A stretch of 64,000 nt of DNA, taken from assembly GCA_963778655.1 (NCBI GenBank), contig CAVZVA010000010.1, positions 992,001 to 1,056,000 of the forward strand. Reading direction: 5' to 3'. Source of the stretch: an uncultured delta proteobacterium. GTDB lineage: Bacteria > Myxococcota_A > Polyangia > Polyangiales > JAFGIB01. Below the pieces are notes generated by a model. That model ran no database searches, had not been told where the DNA came from, and was given only the letters and a program-made list of their open reading frames with translations. The position numbers and the translations under genes were made by a program. Within the stretch, counting starts at the first letter, position 1; each line of letters begins with the position of its first letter. Of the stretch, positions 9,138 to 18,619 are shown piece by piece.

Positions 9138-10934
9138 ATGGGGCTGCGCGAGTGGAATGGCTGGCGCTTCTTCGGCGCGGTGTTTGCCGCGGACCGCGCG
9201 CTCGCGCTCGGGTTCTGGGTGGTGCTCTTGCTGCGCGGGGTGCTGCCGGCGCTGTTCGCGCTGGCGATGGGCGCGCTGGTGGGCGCGGTGCAGCACGGCA
9301 CGGAGATCGTCGCGCCGCTTTCGCTGGTGGGCGCGAGCTTCGTGCTGCTGCAGGTGCTGGCGCCGATCCACCGCGGCATCAGCGACAACCTCGGCAGCCG
9401 CACCTCGGCGTGGCTGCACGACCGGCTGACCGAAGCCTGCGTGCGGCCGCCGGGCATGGCGCACCTCGAGGACCCGGAGCTGACCAGCGAGCTCAGCATG
9501 GCGCGCGACTTCGACCTCGGCATCACCGGGCCGCCGCTGCGCATCGCGATGGACTTCATCGCTTCGGGGCTGGTGGAGATGGCCGGCGGGCTCACCGCGG
9601 CGGTGGTGTTGTTCGGCTACAGCTGGTGGGCGCCGCCGCTGCTCGCGGGCGCGTGGCTCGCCACGCACTACTTGCTGCGCGAGAGCGCGGTGTGGCACGA
9701 CCGCCAGACCCGCGAGGTGCGCGAGGCGCAGCGCCACGCCGACTACGCCTATCGACTCGCGGTCGACGCGCCCGCGGCCAAGGAGCTGCGCCTGTTCGGC
9801 CTGCCCGACTGGACGGTCGAGCGCTTCACCGCGCAGCGCAAGCGGCTGTTCGAGCTGCAATGGCAGGCCACGCGACTGCGCGAGCGTCCGGTGCTGTGGA
9901 GCTTGCTGCTGGTCACGGCTGCAAACGCGATCGTGTTCTGGTCGCTCGCCAGCGCGGCGGTCGCGCACCAGCTCAGCCTCGCTAGCACAGTGACCTTCGC
10001 GATGGTCGCGGTCAGCACCAACATGATCGCGTTCGGGGGCCTGTCCTGGGCGCTCGATGGTGCCGCCGCGCCTGCCGCCGCCGTGCTGCGCTTGCAGGCC
10101 AAGATGGCGCCGGCCGGCGCGCTGCCCAGCGGCAAGCGCGCGACCGCGGGGCTGCCCGCGCGCGAGATCCGTTTTCGCGACGTGACGTTTGCGTATCCGC
10201 ACGCGAGCGAGCCCGTGCTGCAGGGCTTCGACCTCACCATTCCCGCGGGCTGCTCGCTCGCGATCGTTGGCCAGAACGGCGCGGGCAAGACCACGCTCGC
10301 CAAGCTGCTGTGCCGGCTGTACGACCCACAGTCCGGCGCGATCGAGGTCGACGGCGTCGATCTGCGCGAGCTCGACATCGACGCCTGGCGTGCGCGCGTG
10401 ACGGCGGTGTTCCAGGACTTCATCCGCTTCGAGCTGCCGCTGCGCGACAACGTCGCGCCCGGCGGCGGCGCCGATGACGCCGCAGTGCGTGCGGCGCTCG
10501 AGCAGGCTGGCGCGGCCTCGCTCGCGCAGCTCGACACCGTGCTGGCGCGCGGTTACGAGGGCGGCACCGAGCTTTCGGGCGGGCAGTGGCAGCGGGTGGC
10601 GCTGGCGCGCGCGCTGTGCGCGGTCGCGCAGGGCGCGGGCCTGGTCCTGCTCGACGAGCCCACCGCGCAGCTCGATGTGCGCGGCGAGAGCGAGATCTTC
10701 GAGCGCGTGCTCGCCGCCACGCGCCGTGCCACCACCATCTTGATCTCGCACCGCTTCTCGACCGTGCGCCACGCCGACCGCATCTGCGTGCTCGAGCACG
10801 GGCGCGTGATCGAGCTCGGCAGCCACGAGCAGCTGATGGCGCAGGGCGGCCGCTACCGCACGATGTTCGACTTGCAGGCGAGCCGTTTCGGCGAGCCCGA
10901 CGAGCAGGGGGTCGTCTATGACGTCCTCGCCTGA
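9138..10934 (+). CDS. ABC exporter, fused permease/ATPase
   Basis: TM helices followed by GQNGAGKT, LSGGQWQR, LLDEPT and ISHR. Confidence 0.92.
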   Translation: MGLREWNGWRFFGAVFAADRALALGFWVVLLLRGVLPALFALAMGALVGAVQHGTEIVAPLSLVGASFVLLQVLAPIHRGISDNLGSRTSAWLHDRLTEACVRPPGMAHLEDPELTSELSMARDFDLGITGPPLRIAMDFIASGLVEMAGGLTAAVVLFGYSWWAPPLLAGAWLATHYLLRESAVWHDRQTREVREAQRHADYAYRLAVDAPAAKELRLFGLPDWTVERFTAQRKRLFELQWQATRLRERPVLWSLLLVTAANAIVFWSLASAAVAHQLSLASTVTFAMVAVSTNMIAFGGLSWALDGAAAPAAAVLRLQAKMAPAGALPSGKRATAGLPAREIRFRDVTFAYPHASEPVLQGFDLTIPAGCSLAIVGQNGAGKTTLAKLLCRLYDPQSGAIEVDGVDLRELDIDAWRARVTAVFQDFIRFELPLRDNVAPGGGADDAAVRAALEQAGAASLAQLDTVLARGYEGGTELSGGQWQRVALARALCAVAQGAGLVLLDEPTAQLDVRGESEIFERVLAATRRATTILISHRFSTVRHADRICVLEHGRVIELGSHEQLMAQGGRYRTMFDLQASRFGEPDEQGVVYDVLA

Positions 10935-12762
10935 GGCGCAAAAGGCCCGCCCCGCGGTGCCCGAAGAGCTGCCGCCGGGACTCTCGTCGATGTGGCGCAG
11001 CCTCAAGCTCGGCTACCGTGCCGAGCCGGCGCTGCTGCTGATCGCGTTCGGGCTCAGCTTGCTGGCGGCGCTGCCCGATGCGCTGATCGCGCTGTGGCTC
11101 AAGCTGCTCGCGGACGGCGTGCTCGGGCAGCGGCGCACGCTGGTGCTGGGCGCGGCGCTGGGGCTCGGGGTGTCGGCGGCGGGAACCTGGTTTCTGCGCG
11201 TGATCAGCGATCGCATCCAGCGCCGCTTCCGCGATCGGGTCACGATCGCGCTCGAATCGCACGTTGCGCGGCTGCAGGCCAAGGTCGCCACCCTCGCGCA
11301 CCACGAGCGCCCGGACTACCTGGACCGGCTTGCGATGCTGCGCGACCAGGTGTTCGTGCTCGACCACATGTACATGTCGGTGTTCTCGACCTGCGGCTGG
11401 ATCCTGCGGCTGCTGGTCACGCTCGCGCTGCTGGTGTCGGTCGACCCGCTGCTTGGCTTGCTCGCGCTGTTCGCGCTGCCGACCGTGCTGACGTCGAGCT
11501 GGCGACCCGGGGTGGAGCGCGCGGCCGAGGAGCGCAGCCGGCCACACGAGCGGCTGGCGCGCCACCTGTTCGTGACTGCCACCACCGCTGCACCTGGCAA
11601 GGAGGTGCGTGTCACGCGCATCGGCGAGCGGCTGGTGCGGCAGCGGCGCGAGGCGTGGGAGCGCGGGTATCGCCCGCTGTCCCGCGCGCGGAGCGCAAGC
11701 GCGGCGTGGCACGCGCTGGCGTGGGCGGTGTTCGGGCTGGCGTACGTGGGGGCGATCGCGCTGGTGGCGGGGCGCGGCGGCGACCCGGGCGGCGTGTTGC
11801 TGGTGCTGGCGGCCGGCGCGCGGCTGTCGGCATACATCGGCGCGACCGTGGGCGAGATCGGCTTCCTGCGCGGGTTCTGGCTCGACGGGGCGCGGCGGCT
11901 GGCCTGGCTCGAGGACTACGCCGCGGCGCTCAGCGAGCACGCCGACTTGCCGGTGCCCGCGCGGCTGCAGCAGGGCATCCGGCTCGAGCACGTGTCGTTC
12001 GCGTATCCGGGCACCGAGCGTCGCGTGCTCGACGACGTGAGCCTGGAGCTGCGACCGGGCTCGGTAGTGGCGCTGGTGGGCGAGAACGGCGCGGGCAAGA
12101 GCACGCTGGTCAAGCTGCTGTGCAAGCTGTACGAGCCGAGCGAGGGTCAGATCCTGGTCGATGGCCAGGCGCTCGCGCGCATGCCGGCCGACGGCTGGCG
12201 CGCGCGGCTGGCGGGCGCGTTTCAGGATTTCTTCCGCTTCGAGCTGTTCGCGCGACAGTCGGTGGGGGTGGGCGACTTGCCGCGGCTCGACGACGAGCCC
12301 GCGGTGACCACGGGCATCGAGCGCGCGGGCGCGAGCGACGTGGTCGCGCAGCTCGAAGGTGGCCTCGGCACGCAGCTCGGCCCCACCTGGCCGGGCGGCG
12401 TGGAGCTGAGCTTTGGCCAGTGGCAGAAGCTCGCGCTCGCCCGCGGCTTCATGCGCGACGAGCCGTTCTTGCTGGTGCTCGACGAGCCCACCGCGGCGCT
12501 CGACGCCGAGACCGAGCACGCGCTGTTCGAGCGCTACGCCGCCGCGGTCAAGCACGACGCGGCCACGGCCGGCGGGGACAGCGCGGCGGCGCGGAGGATC
12601 ACCATCCTGGTCTCGCACCGTTTCTCCACCGTGCGCATGGCGGACCAGATCGTGGTGCTGGACGGGGCGCGCGTGGCGGAGGTCGGCACGCACGAGGCGT
12701 TGATCGCGAAGCGAGGGCAGTACGCCGAGCTGTACGCGATGCAGGCCAAGGCGTACCGGTGA
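10918..12762 (+). CDS. ABC exporter, fused permease/ATPase (partner half)
   Basis: GENGAGKS, degenerate signature LSFGQWQK, VLDEPT, VSHR; overlaps the upstream gene. Confidence 0.92.
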   Translation: MTSSPEAQKARPAVPEELPPGLSSMWRSLKLGYRAEPALLLIAFGLSLLAALPDALIALWLKLLADGVLGQRRTLVLGAALGLGVSAAGTWFLRVISDRIQRRFRDRVTIALESHVARLQAKVATLAHHERPDYLDRLAMLRDQVFVLDHMYMSVFSTCGWILRLLVTLALLVSVDPLLGLLALFALPTVLTSSWRPGVERAAEERSRPHERLARHLFVTATTAAPGKEVRVTRIGERLVRQRREAWERGYRPLSRARSASAAWHALAWAVFGLAYVGAIALVAGRGGDPGGVLLVLAAGARLSAYIGATVGEIGFLRGFWLDGARRLAWLEDYAAALSEHADLPVPARLQQGIRLEHVSFAYPGTERRVLDDVSLELRPGSVVALVGENGAGKSTLVKLLCKLYEPSEGQILVDGQALARMPADGWRARLAGAFQDFFRFELFARQSVGVGDLPRLDDEPAVTTGIERAGASDVVAQLEGGLGTQLGPTWPGGVELSFGQWQKLALARGFMRDEPFLLVLDEPTAALDAETEHALFERYAAAVKHDAATAGGDSAAARRITILVSHRFSTVRMADQIVVLDGARVAEVGTHEALIAKRGQYAELYAMQAKAYR

Positions 12763-12783
12763 GCGCGCCTGGCGTTGAGCATG

Positions 12784-12901
12784 CGGATCGTGCTGGGCGG
12801 CGTGCCAGGGGCGGGGGAGCGCGCCCGGGCTCATACGGCCGGCCCTTGCGTGTGTCGGATCGTGCTGGGCGGCGTGCCAGGGGCGGGGGAGCGCGCCCGG
12901 G
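12784..12901. repeat. 46-bp perfect direct repeat, two copies 26 bp apart
   Basis: CGGATCGTGCTGGGCGGCGTGCCAGGGGCGGGGGAGCGCGCCCGGG at 12784-12829 and 12856-12901. Confidence 0.9.
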
Positions 12902-13170
12902 GCGACCTCCCGATGTCGATCGGCGGGGACCCTGAGGTCTTCGGTCACGAGCCCGAGCTTCTCCAACCGCGCCAGCTCCTGATACACGGTGAAGCTGAAC
13001 GGCCCGAAGCGGTATGGCAGGAAGTCGTAGAACGGGATCTCGGCTCGGACCTCGGTCTCTTCACCCATCAAGAACAGCCACTTCATCAGCAGTGTCCTCG
13101 ACGGCTTGCTGTCGGCCCGACGCAGCAGGTGGAGGATCACCCGCTGGCGGCTGAAGATGGGAGCTGCCAT
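12902..13170 (-). pseudogene. Truncated gene with a DUF4065/SocA-like N-terminal domain (as seen N-terminal to DUF488 proteins)
   Basis: RQRVILHLL...LMKWLFL...FYDFLPYRFGPFSFTVYQEL; protein-like sequence stops at the 46-bp repeat and the frame then runs antisense to the ABC genes. Confidence 0.6.
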
Positions 13171-13275
13171 GCACCGAAGCTCCCCCAGAGTCACGCCAGA
13201 CGGCAGGCCTTGTGGAACGTCCGCGCGGCCTGCCTGCCGGGTCGTGGGCGGCGGGATGCGCACGCCGGCGCCGCG

Positions 13276-13587
13276 TCACAGCTCGCCGGAACGCGTGCGC
13301 TGCAGCCAGCTCTGCACCTGGGCTTCGATCACGTCGATGGCTTTGGTCTGGAAGGGCCGCAGCAGGATTGGGACGTTCATGTCGAGCACGATCGCGTGCG
13401 GCAACAGCCGTAGCAATCCGGAGAGCTCGATGCCCCGAACGCGGAAGCCGATGCGCACCTCGTCTTCGTTGAGCCACTGGGTCTCCGGCCCGTATTTGCT
13501 GAAGCGCTCGCAGTAGCTCTCGACCGCGCGCTGCAGCACGCGGCGGGCCTGCTCGGGCGATAAGTCGTGTGCGATTCGATGCTGCAT
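13276..13587 (-). CDS. Polyhydroxyalkanoic acid system family protein (PHA_gran_rgn-like)
   Basis: MQHRIAHDLSPEQARR...W...VPILLRPFQTKAIDVIE pattern, 103 aa. Confidence 0.7.
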   Translation of the reverse strand: MQHRIAHDLSPEQARRVLQRAVESYCERFSKYGPETQWLNEDEVRIGFRVRGIELSGLLRLLPHAIVLDMNVPILLRPFQTKAIDVIEAQVQSWLQRTRSGEL

Positions 13588-13944
13588 GCCGGGCCGGTCT
13601 CGGGCTCCGGCGCATGGTGCCCGCGACGCCGTGTGCATAGGTTTGATACACCTCGGAGGGCCATGCAAGCGCGTGCCATCCGCCACGTAGCGCGGTGACG
13701 GCGCGGCCTCGGCTGGGAGGTGTTCTGCGACGCTGCAGGCGCCTGCTATGCCGTGGGCACCGACAACACGTTCGTCGGCTTGAGCAAGCTCTGACCATCC
13801 CGCGATCCGAGATCACGGTCCTGCGTCACCAGCGACCACGCGCGCGAGCGGCCGCTCGGCATGCGCCACGGTTTCGGGCCCGAGCGCGGGGACGGGAATC
13901 GGAACAGGCCCGTCCCTTCGCGCCGGTCGCGTATCATCTCGAGC

Positions 13945-14343
13945 ATGACAGACATCGAATACCTCGTGCTTTCCGTGGCGCTCACCTGGGTCATGCTGCT
14001 TGCGGCAAGCCTGCTCCGCGCACGCGCCTGGACCGGACCGGGCATGCTGATCGCGTTCGGCAACCGCGACGACCTGCCGGAACCCATCGCGCTCGCGGGA
14101 CGCGCGGATCGAGCCGCCCGCAACATGCTCGAGAACCTCGTCCTGTTCACCGCCGCGTTCGTCGCCGCCAGGCTCGCCGGTGCAAACGAGCAGGAAATCT
14201 CGGCGGGCGCAGCGCTCTTCTTCTGGGCCCGCCTCGCCTACTTCCCCATCTATCTGGCAGGGATTCGCTACCTGCGCACGGCGATTTGGGCGCTGGGCGT
14301 GGTCGCCATCGCGCGCATCGCCTTCGCCGCGTGGGCAGTGTGA
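13945..14343 (+). CDS. MAPEG family membrane protein
   Basis: RADRAARNMLEN..LF, FFWARLAY...G...LRT. Confidence 0.9.
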   Translation: MTDIEYLVLSVALTWVMLLAASLLRARAWTGPGMLIAFGNRDDLPEPIALAGRADRAARNMLENLVLFTAAFVAARLAGANEQEISAGAALFFWARLAYFPIYLAGIRYLRTAIWALGVVAIARIAFAAWAV

Positions 14344-14374
14344 GTCGTGAAGCGCGACTCCGGGTCGCCAGCCA

Positions 14375-15400
14375 CTATTCCCAGCGGCCGATCGGCGGGC
14401 CGTATACGCCCGCTCCCGCCCTGAGCTCCGCCCCGAGCGGGGGCACGCCGAGGCGCCGGCGTGCCTCCTGCAGCGGCAAGGGCATGTACGGCCAGAAGTC
14501 CCAGCCGTCGCCGAGGTCGGTGGTCATCTGCGAGCCGCGCTTGAGCGCGTGAAGCATCCGCGCGGCGAGGTCGCCTTCGCCGATGCGGCCCGGATGCTTG
14601 GGCATCGGCAATGGGGCGACGTTGATCCCCGCGGTGTGGATCAGCACGGCGAACAGCATGGTAAAGAACGAGTCTTCCGTGCGCCTGTAGCCCGCCTGGA
14701 ACGACGCGACCTGCAGCTCACCCTCGGGGCTGGCGTCGTAGCCGCCGAGCACGTGGCCGACGTCGTGGAAGATCGCGCCCATCGGGAAGCCGGCCTGCTC
14801 GCCCGGAAAGGCGAAGCCATTGCTGCGATAGTGATCGACGAAGGCGCGGCCCAGCGTATCGTCCGGCAGGTCGGCGAGCGTCCGAAAGCGGGCGGCGAGC
14901 GCCTCGTCGTGCAGCACGCCCTTGAAATCCAACAACCCCTTGGCGAGCGCCAGGATGCCACCCTGCGTGCGGTATTGGTTGTTGATGTAGTCTCGCAGGT
15001 TTGAACGGCGGTGGAAGTCGAGCAGGAAGCGCACGCGCTCTTCGTGAGCGAGATGCTCGATGGCGCGGACCGCTGGCTCGTCGACCCCGAGCTGGCGCGC
15101 GAACCCGACGATCAGCTCCGTCTGAGCCGGGGTCGCGGGGCCGACCGCCAGGCTCACGATGACCATGGCGCGGATCAGTTGCCTCGCCAGGGCCGGGTCC
15201 TCGAAATGCTTCGCCAGCGTGGCGGCGCCGACCGCGGGCAGTGCGTCGACGTCCAGATTGGTCCCGAGCAACATGCGCTGGACCGTGTCGAGCAGCACGC
15301 GGTGTGTGGGGACCAGCCCACCCTCTGCGGCGCGGGCGACCATCATCAGGGCACTCAGGCCAAAGGGAGCAGCGGATGGCGGGGGCGCGATGAGCTTCAT
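14375..15400 (-). CDS. Hypothetical protein with Coq4-like C-terminal domain and TerB-like N-terminal region
   Basis: LPDDTLGRAF and HDVGHVLGGY...GE Coq4-type metal motif; helical TerB-like N-terminus. Confidence 0.65.
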   Translation of the reverse strand: MKLIAPPPSAAPFGLSALMMVARAAEGGLVPTHRVLLDTVQRMLLGTNLDVDALPAVGAATLAKHFEDPALARQLIRAMVIVSLAVGPATPAQTELIVGFARQLGVDEPAVRAIEHLAHEERVRFLLDFHRRSNLRDYINNQYRTQGGILALAKGLLDFKGVLHDEALAARFRTLADLPDDTLGRAFVDHYRSNGFAFPGEQAGFPMGAIFHDVGHVLGGYDASPEGELQVASFQAGYRRTEDSFFTMLFAVLIHTAGINVAPLPMPKHPGRIGEGDLAARMLHALKRGSQMTTDLGDGWDFWPYMPLPLQEARRRLGVPPLGAELRAGAGVYGPPIGRWE

Positions 15401-15535
15401 GAGATCACCTGCGGCAAGAGCAGGTGTGAGCGGCCGGAGGCTCGCATTTTGGCACGCCACGTCGCCCCGGACCAGTCTTTGCTGCGGCGAGCGCGGCCAG
15501 CGGCGGAGCCCGCTTGAAGCGTCTTCTGACCGGCC

Positions 15536-18500
15536 TCACACCTCCAGCCGGTCGCCGGGTCGTGACAGCCAGCGGTAGAGCACCGGCAAGAGGAAGATGC
15601 TCAGGGCGATGCGGGAGAGCAGGCCCCCGACGATCACCTGGGCAAAGGGGCGCTGGCTGTCGCTGCCGATCGCCTGCGAGAAGGCGGCGGGCATCAGGCC
15701 TACGCACGCCACCAGCGCGGTCATCAGGATCGGGCGGATGCGCACCGCGGCGCTCTGGCGCGTGGCGTCGTCGATCGACGCGCCCGCCAGGCGCAGCTTG
15801 TTGGCGTGGCTGATGAAGATCACGCCGGTCTGCACGGAGATCCCGAACAGCGCCAAGAAGCCGAGACCCGAGCTCACGCTGAAGTTGGTGCGAAACGCCC
15901 ACAGCGCGAGCAGCCCACCCTCGGGCATGGTCAGCAGCACGCTGAGCGCCAGGATCAGAGGGTACTTGAGGTTGCCGTACAGGCCGAAGATCAAGAAGAA
16001 GATCAGCAGCAGCGTGAGCGGTACGATCACCAGCATTTCCGCGCGCGCGTGCAGGAAGTCGCGGTACTCGCCTCCCCACTGCAGCTCGTAGCCGGTGGGA
16101 ACGTGGACGCTGTTCTGCACCGCGCGCCGCGCCGCCTCCACCGCCGAGCCCAGGTCGCGACCCTCGACCGAGTACTGCACGCCGATGTAGCGCTCGCCCG
16201 ACTCGCGGTAGACGAATGCGGCTCCCTGCTCCACCGTCAGCGTCGCAAAGGTCGACAGCGGCAGCCGCTGCCCGCTCGGGGTGGTCACCAGCAGCCGGCC
16301 GATCGCGTCCGGATTGTCGCGGTAGCGCGCGTTCATCCTCACCACCAGGTCGAACGCGCGCTCGCCCTGGATCACCGAGGTGGCGGGCACGCCGCCCACG
16401 GCCGCCTCGATCAGGCTGTTGATGGTGGAAACGTCGAGCCCGTAGCGCGACAGCTTCTGGCGATCGATCTTGACGTCCAGGCTCGGTTGTCCGAGCTCCC
16501 GCACCACGGTCACGTGCTCGATGCCCCGCACCTTGCCGATCGCGCGCTTGATCCCGAGCGCGAGCTTCTCCAGCGTGTGCAGATCGGGCCCGAAGACCTT
16601 GACCGCGAGTGAGCTCTTGAGCCCGGTCGAAGCCTCGTCGACTGCGTCTTCGGCCGGCTGCGTGTAGTTGAAAATGATTCCCGGGAACGCCTTGAGCCGC
16701 TTGTCGACCGCGGCGATCAGCTCTTCTTTGGTGTGAATCGCGCCGGTCCACTGATCGTACGGCTTCAGGCCCACGTAGAACTCGCAGTTGAAGAAGCCGG
16801 TGGGGTCGGTGCCGTCGTCCGGACGCCCGAGCTCGTTGGCCACCGTGGTGACCTCGGAAAAGCTCGAGAGCACCTTGCGGACGCGAGGCGCGATCTTGCT
16901 CGCCTCGTCGAAGCTGATGGTGTAGGGCATGGTCGCGCGCACCCACAGCGCGCCTTCATCGAGCTTGGGCATGAACTCCGAGCCGATGTCGAAGAGGGTG
17001 AGCGACGAGGCTGCAAACGCCAGCACACAGGTGAGCAGCGTGAGCTTGGGGCGCGCGAGCGCACGGTCCAGGGTCGCCAGGTACCAGCGCTTGAACACCC
17101 CGAAGATCCTGCCCTCGCGGTCGACCACGCCCTTGCGCATGAACATGCGGCACAACACCGGCAGCAAGGTCAGCGTGAAGATCAGCGTCCCCAGCAGCGC
17201 GAACACCACGGTGTCGGCCATCGGAGCGAACAGACGCTGCTCGGGCCCGGTCAGCGCATAGATCGGCAGGTAGGCCGCGATGATCACGGCGGTCGAGTAG
17301 AAGATCGGGCGCCCCACGTCCCGGGCGGCGCCGAGCAGCACCTCGTCGATCGGCCCTGATTCCCCGCGCTGCCGCCGCTCTCCGAGCTCGCGGAAGATGT
17401 TCTCGACCATGATCACGCCGGCGTCGACCAGAATGCCGAAGTCGATCGCGCCCAGCGACAGCAGGTTGACCGGCACGTCCCGGCCCTTCAGCAGCAGGAA
17501 CGCCGCGGCCAGCGCCAGCGGAATGGTCGAGGCCACGATCAGCCCGGTGCGGACGCTGTGCAGAAACAGCACCAGGATCAGCGTGACCAGCAGCACGCCG
17601 AGCACGAGGTTGCGCTCGACCGTCTGCGTCGTGAGTCGAACCAGATCGGTCCGGTCGTAGAACGGCCGGACGCGCACGTCGCGAGGCAGAATGTTGCGGT
17701 TCAGGTGCTCGGTTACGCGCTGCACGCGCTTGAGCACGGTTTGGGTCGGGTCGCCGGTGCGCAGGAAGATCACCCCCTCGACCGCGTCGTCCTTGTCCAT
17801 GAAGCCGAACTGCCCCAGGCGTGGCGCGTGGCCGATCTGCACCTTGCCGACGTCGCCGACCCGGATCGGCACTCCCCCGTGCGTCGCCACCACCGTGTTG
17901 CGGATGTCGGTGAGGTCGGTGAGCCGGCCCAGGCCGCGCACGTAATAGAACTGGCCGCCCAGCTGATAGAAGCCGCCGCCGGCGTTCTCGTTGTTGCGAC
18001 CGAGCGCGCCCACCACGTCGTCGACCGACACGCCATAGGTGTTGAGCGCGTTTGAATCGAGCACGACCTGGTACTGGCGCGTTGTGCCGCCGAGGGCGGA
18101 GTCGTCCGCGACCCCGGGGATCGCCTTGTAGCGCCGGTACACCACCCAGTCCTGCAGCACCTTCAGCTCCTGGGGCGAGCGGTCCGGGCTCTCCAGCACG
18201 TAGCGATAGATCAGCCCCGAGGGCGAAAACAACGGCGACATCGACGGGCTCACCCCGTCGGGCAGCTCCGCGTCGCCCATGCGCTGGAAGACCTGCTCGC
18301 GGTCGAAGTAGGGATCGGACTTGTAGTCGAAGATCAAGATCACGTCCGACAGGCCGTAGAGCGAGATCGAGCGCTGCACCTGCAGCCGCGGCGCCCCGTT
18401 GAAGGCGATCTCGAGCGGAACGGTGATCAGGCGCTCGACCTCCTCGGCCGCATGACCCGGCCACTGCGTGATCACGTCCACCTTGGGCGGCGACAGGTCG

Positions 18501-18619
18501 GGATAGGCGTCGACCGGGAGCTGGCGGAAGGCGTACGCGCCCGCGGCCAGCACCGCAAGCGCCGCGCCGAGCACGATCAACCTTTGCCGCAGCGCGGCCG
18601 CTATGAGGCGATGGATCAT
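15536..18619 (-). CDS. CusA/CzcA heavy-metal efflux RND permease
   Basis: 1027 aa; LPVDAYPDL, EEVERLITVPLE, SLGAIDFGILVD, RIRPILMTA. Confidence 0.95.
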   Translation of the reverse strand: MIHRLIAAALRQRLIVLGAALAVLAAGAYAFRQLPVDAYPDLSPPKVDVITQWPGHAAEEVERLITVPLEIAFNGAPRLQVQRSISLYGLSDVILIFDYKSDPYFDREQVFQRMGDAELPDGVSPSMSPLFSPSGLIYRYVLESPDRSPQELKVLQDWVVYRRYKAIPGVADDSALGGTTRQYQVVLDSNALNTYGVSVDDVVGALGRNNENAGGGFYQLGGQFYYVRGLGRLTDLTDIRNTVVATHGGVPIRVGDVGKVQIGHAPRLGQFGFMDKDDAVEGVIFLRTGDPTQTVLKRVQRVTEHLNRNILPRDVRVRPFYDRTDLVRLTTQTVERNLVLGVLLVTLILVLFLHSVRTGLIVASTIPLALAAAFLLLKGRDVPVNLLSLGAIDFGILVDAGVIMVENIFRELGERRQRGESGPIDEVLLGAARDVGRPIFYSTAVIIAAYLPIYALTGPEQRLFAPMADTVVFALLGTLIFTLTLLPVLCRMFMRKGVVDREGRIFGVFKRWYLATLDRALARPKLTLLTCVLAFAASSLTLFDIGSEFMPKLDEGALWVRATMPYTISFDEASKIAPRVRKVLSSFSEVTTVANELGRPDDGTDPTGFFNCEFYVGLKPYDQWTGAIHTKEELIAAVDKRLKAFPGIIFNYTQPAEDAVDEASTGLKSSLAVKVFGPDLHTLEKLALGIKRAIGKVRGIEHVTVVRELGQPSLDVKIDRQKLSRYGLDVSTINSLIEAAVGGVPATSVIQGERAFDLVVRMNARYRDNPDAIGRLLVTTPSGQRLPLSTFATLTVEQGAAFVYRESGERYIGVQYSVEGRDLGSAVEAARRAVQNSVHVPTGYELQWGGEYRDFLHARAEMLVIVPLTLLLIFFLIFGLYGNLKYPLILALSVLLTMPEGGLLALWAFRTNFSVSSGLGFLALFGISVQTGVIFISHANKLRLAGASIDDATRQSAAVRIRPILMTALVACVGLMPAAFSQAIGSDSQRPFAQVIVGGLLSRIALSIFLLPVLYRWLSRPGDRLEV

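Noticed and set aside
12784..12901. Repeat-spacer-repeat as a CRISPR mini-array
   Set aside because: Only two copies, the spacer is shorter than the repeat, there is no AT-rich leader or typical GTTT/GAAAC ends, and no cas genes are in the window.
10420..13263. 947-aa minus-strand ORF as one gene
   Set aside because: Only 12902-13170 is protein-like; the rest is the antisense shadow of the ABC genes.
15449..15466. TGGCACG as a sigma54 promoter
   Set aside because: No GC at the -12 position, and it is on the wrong strand for the adjacent genes.
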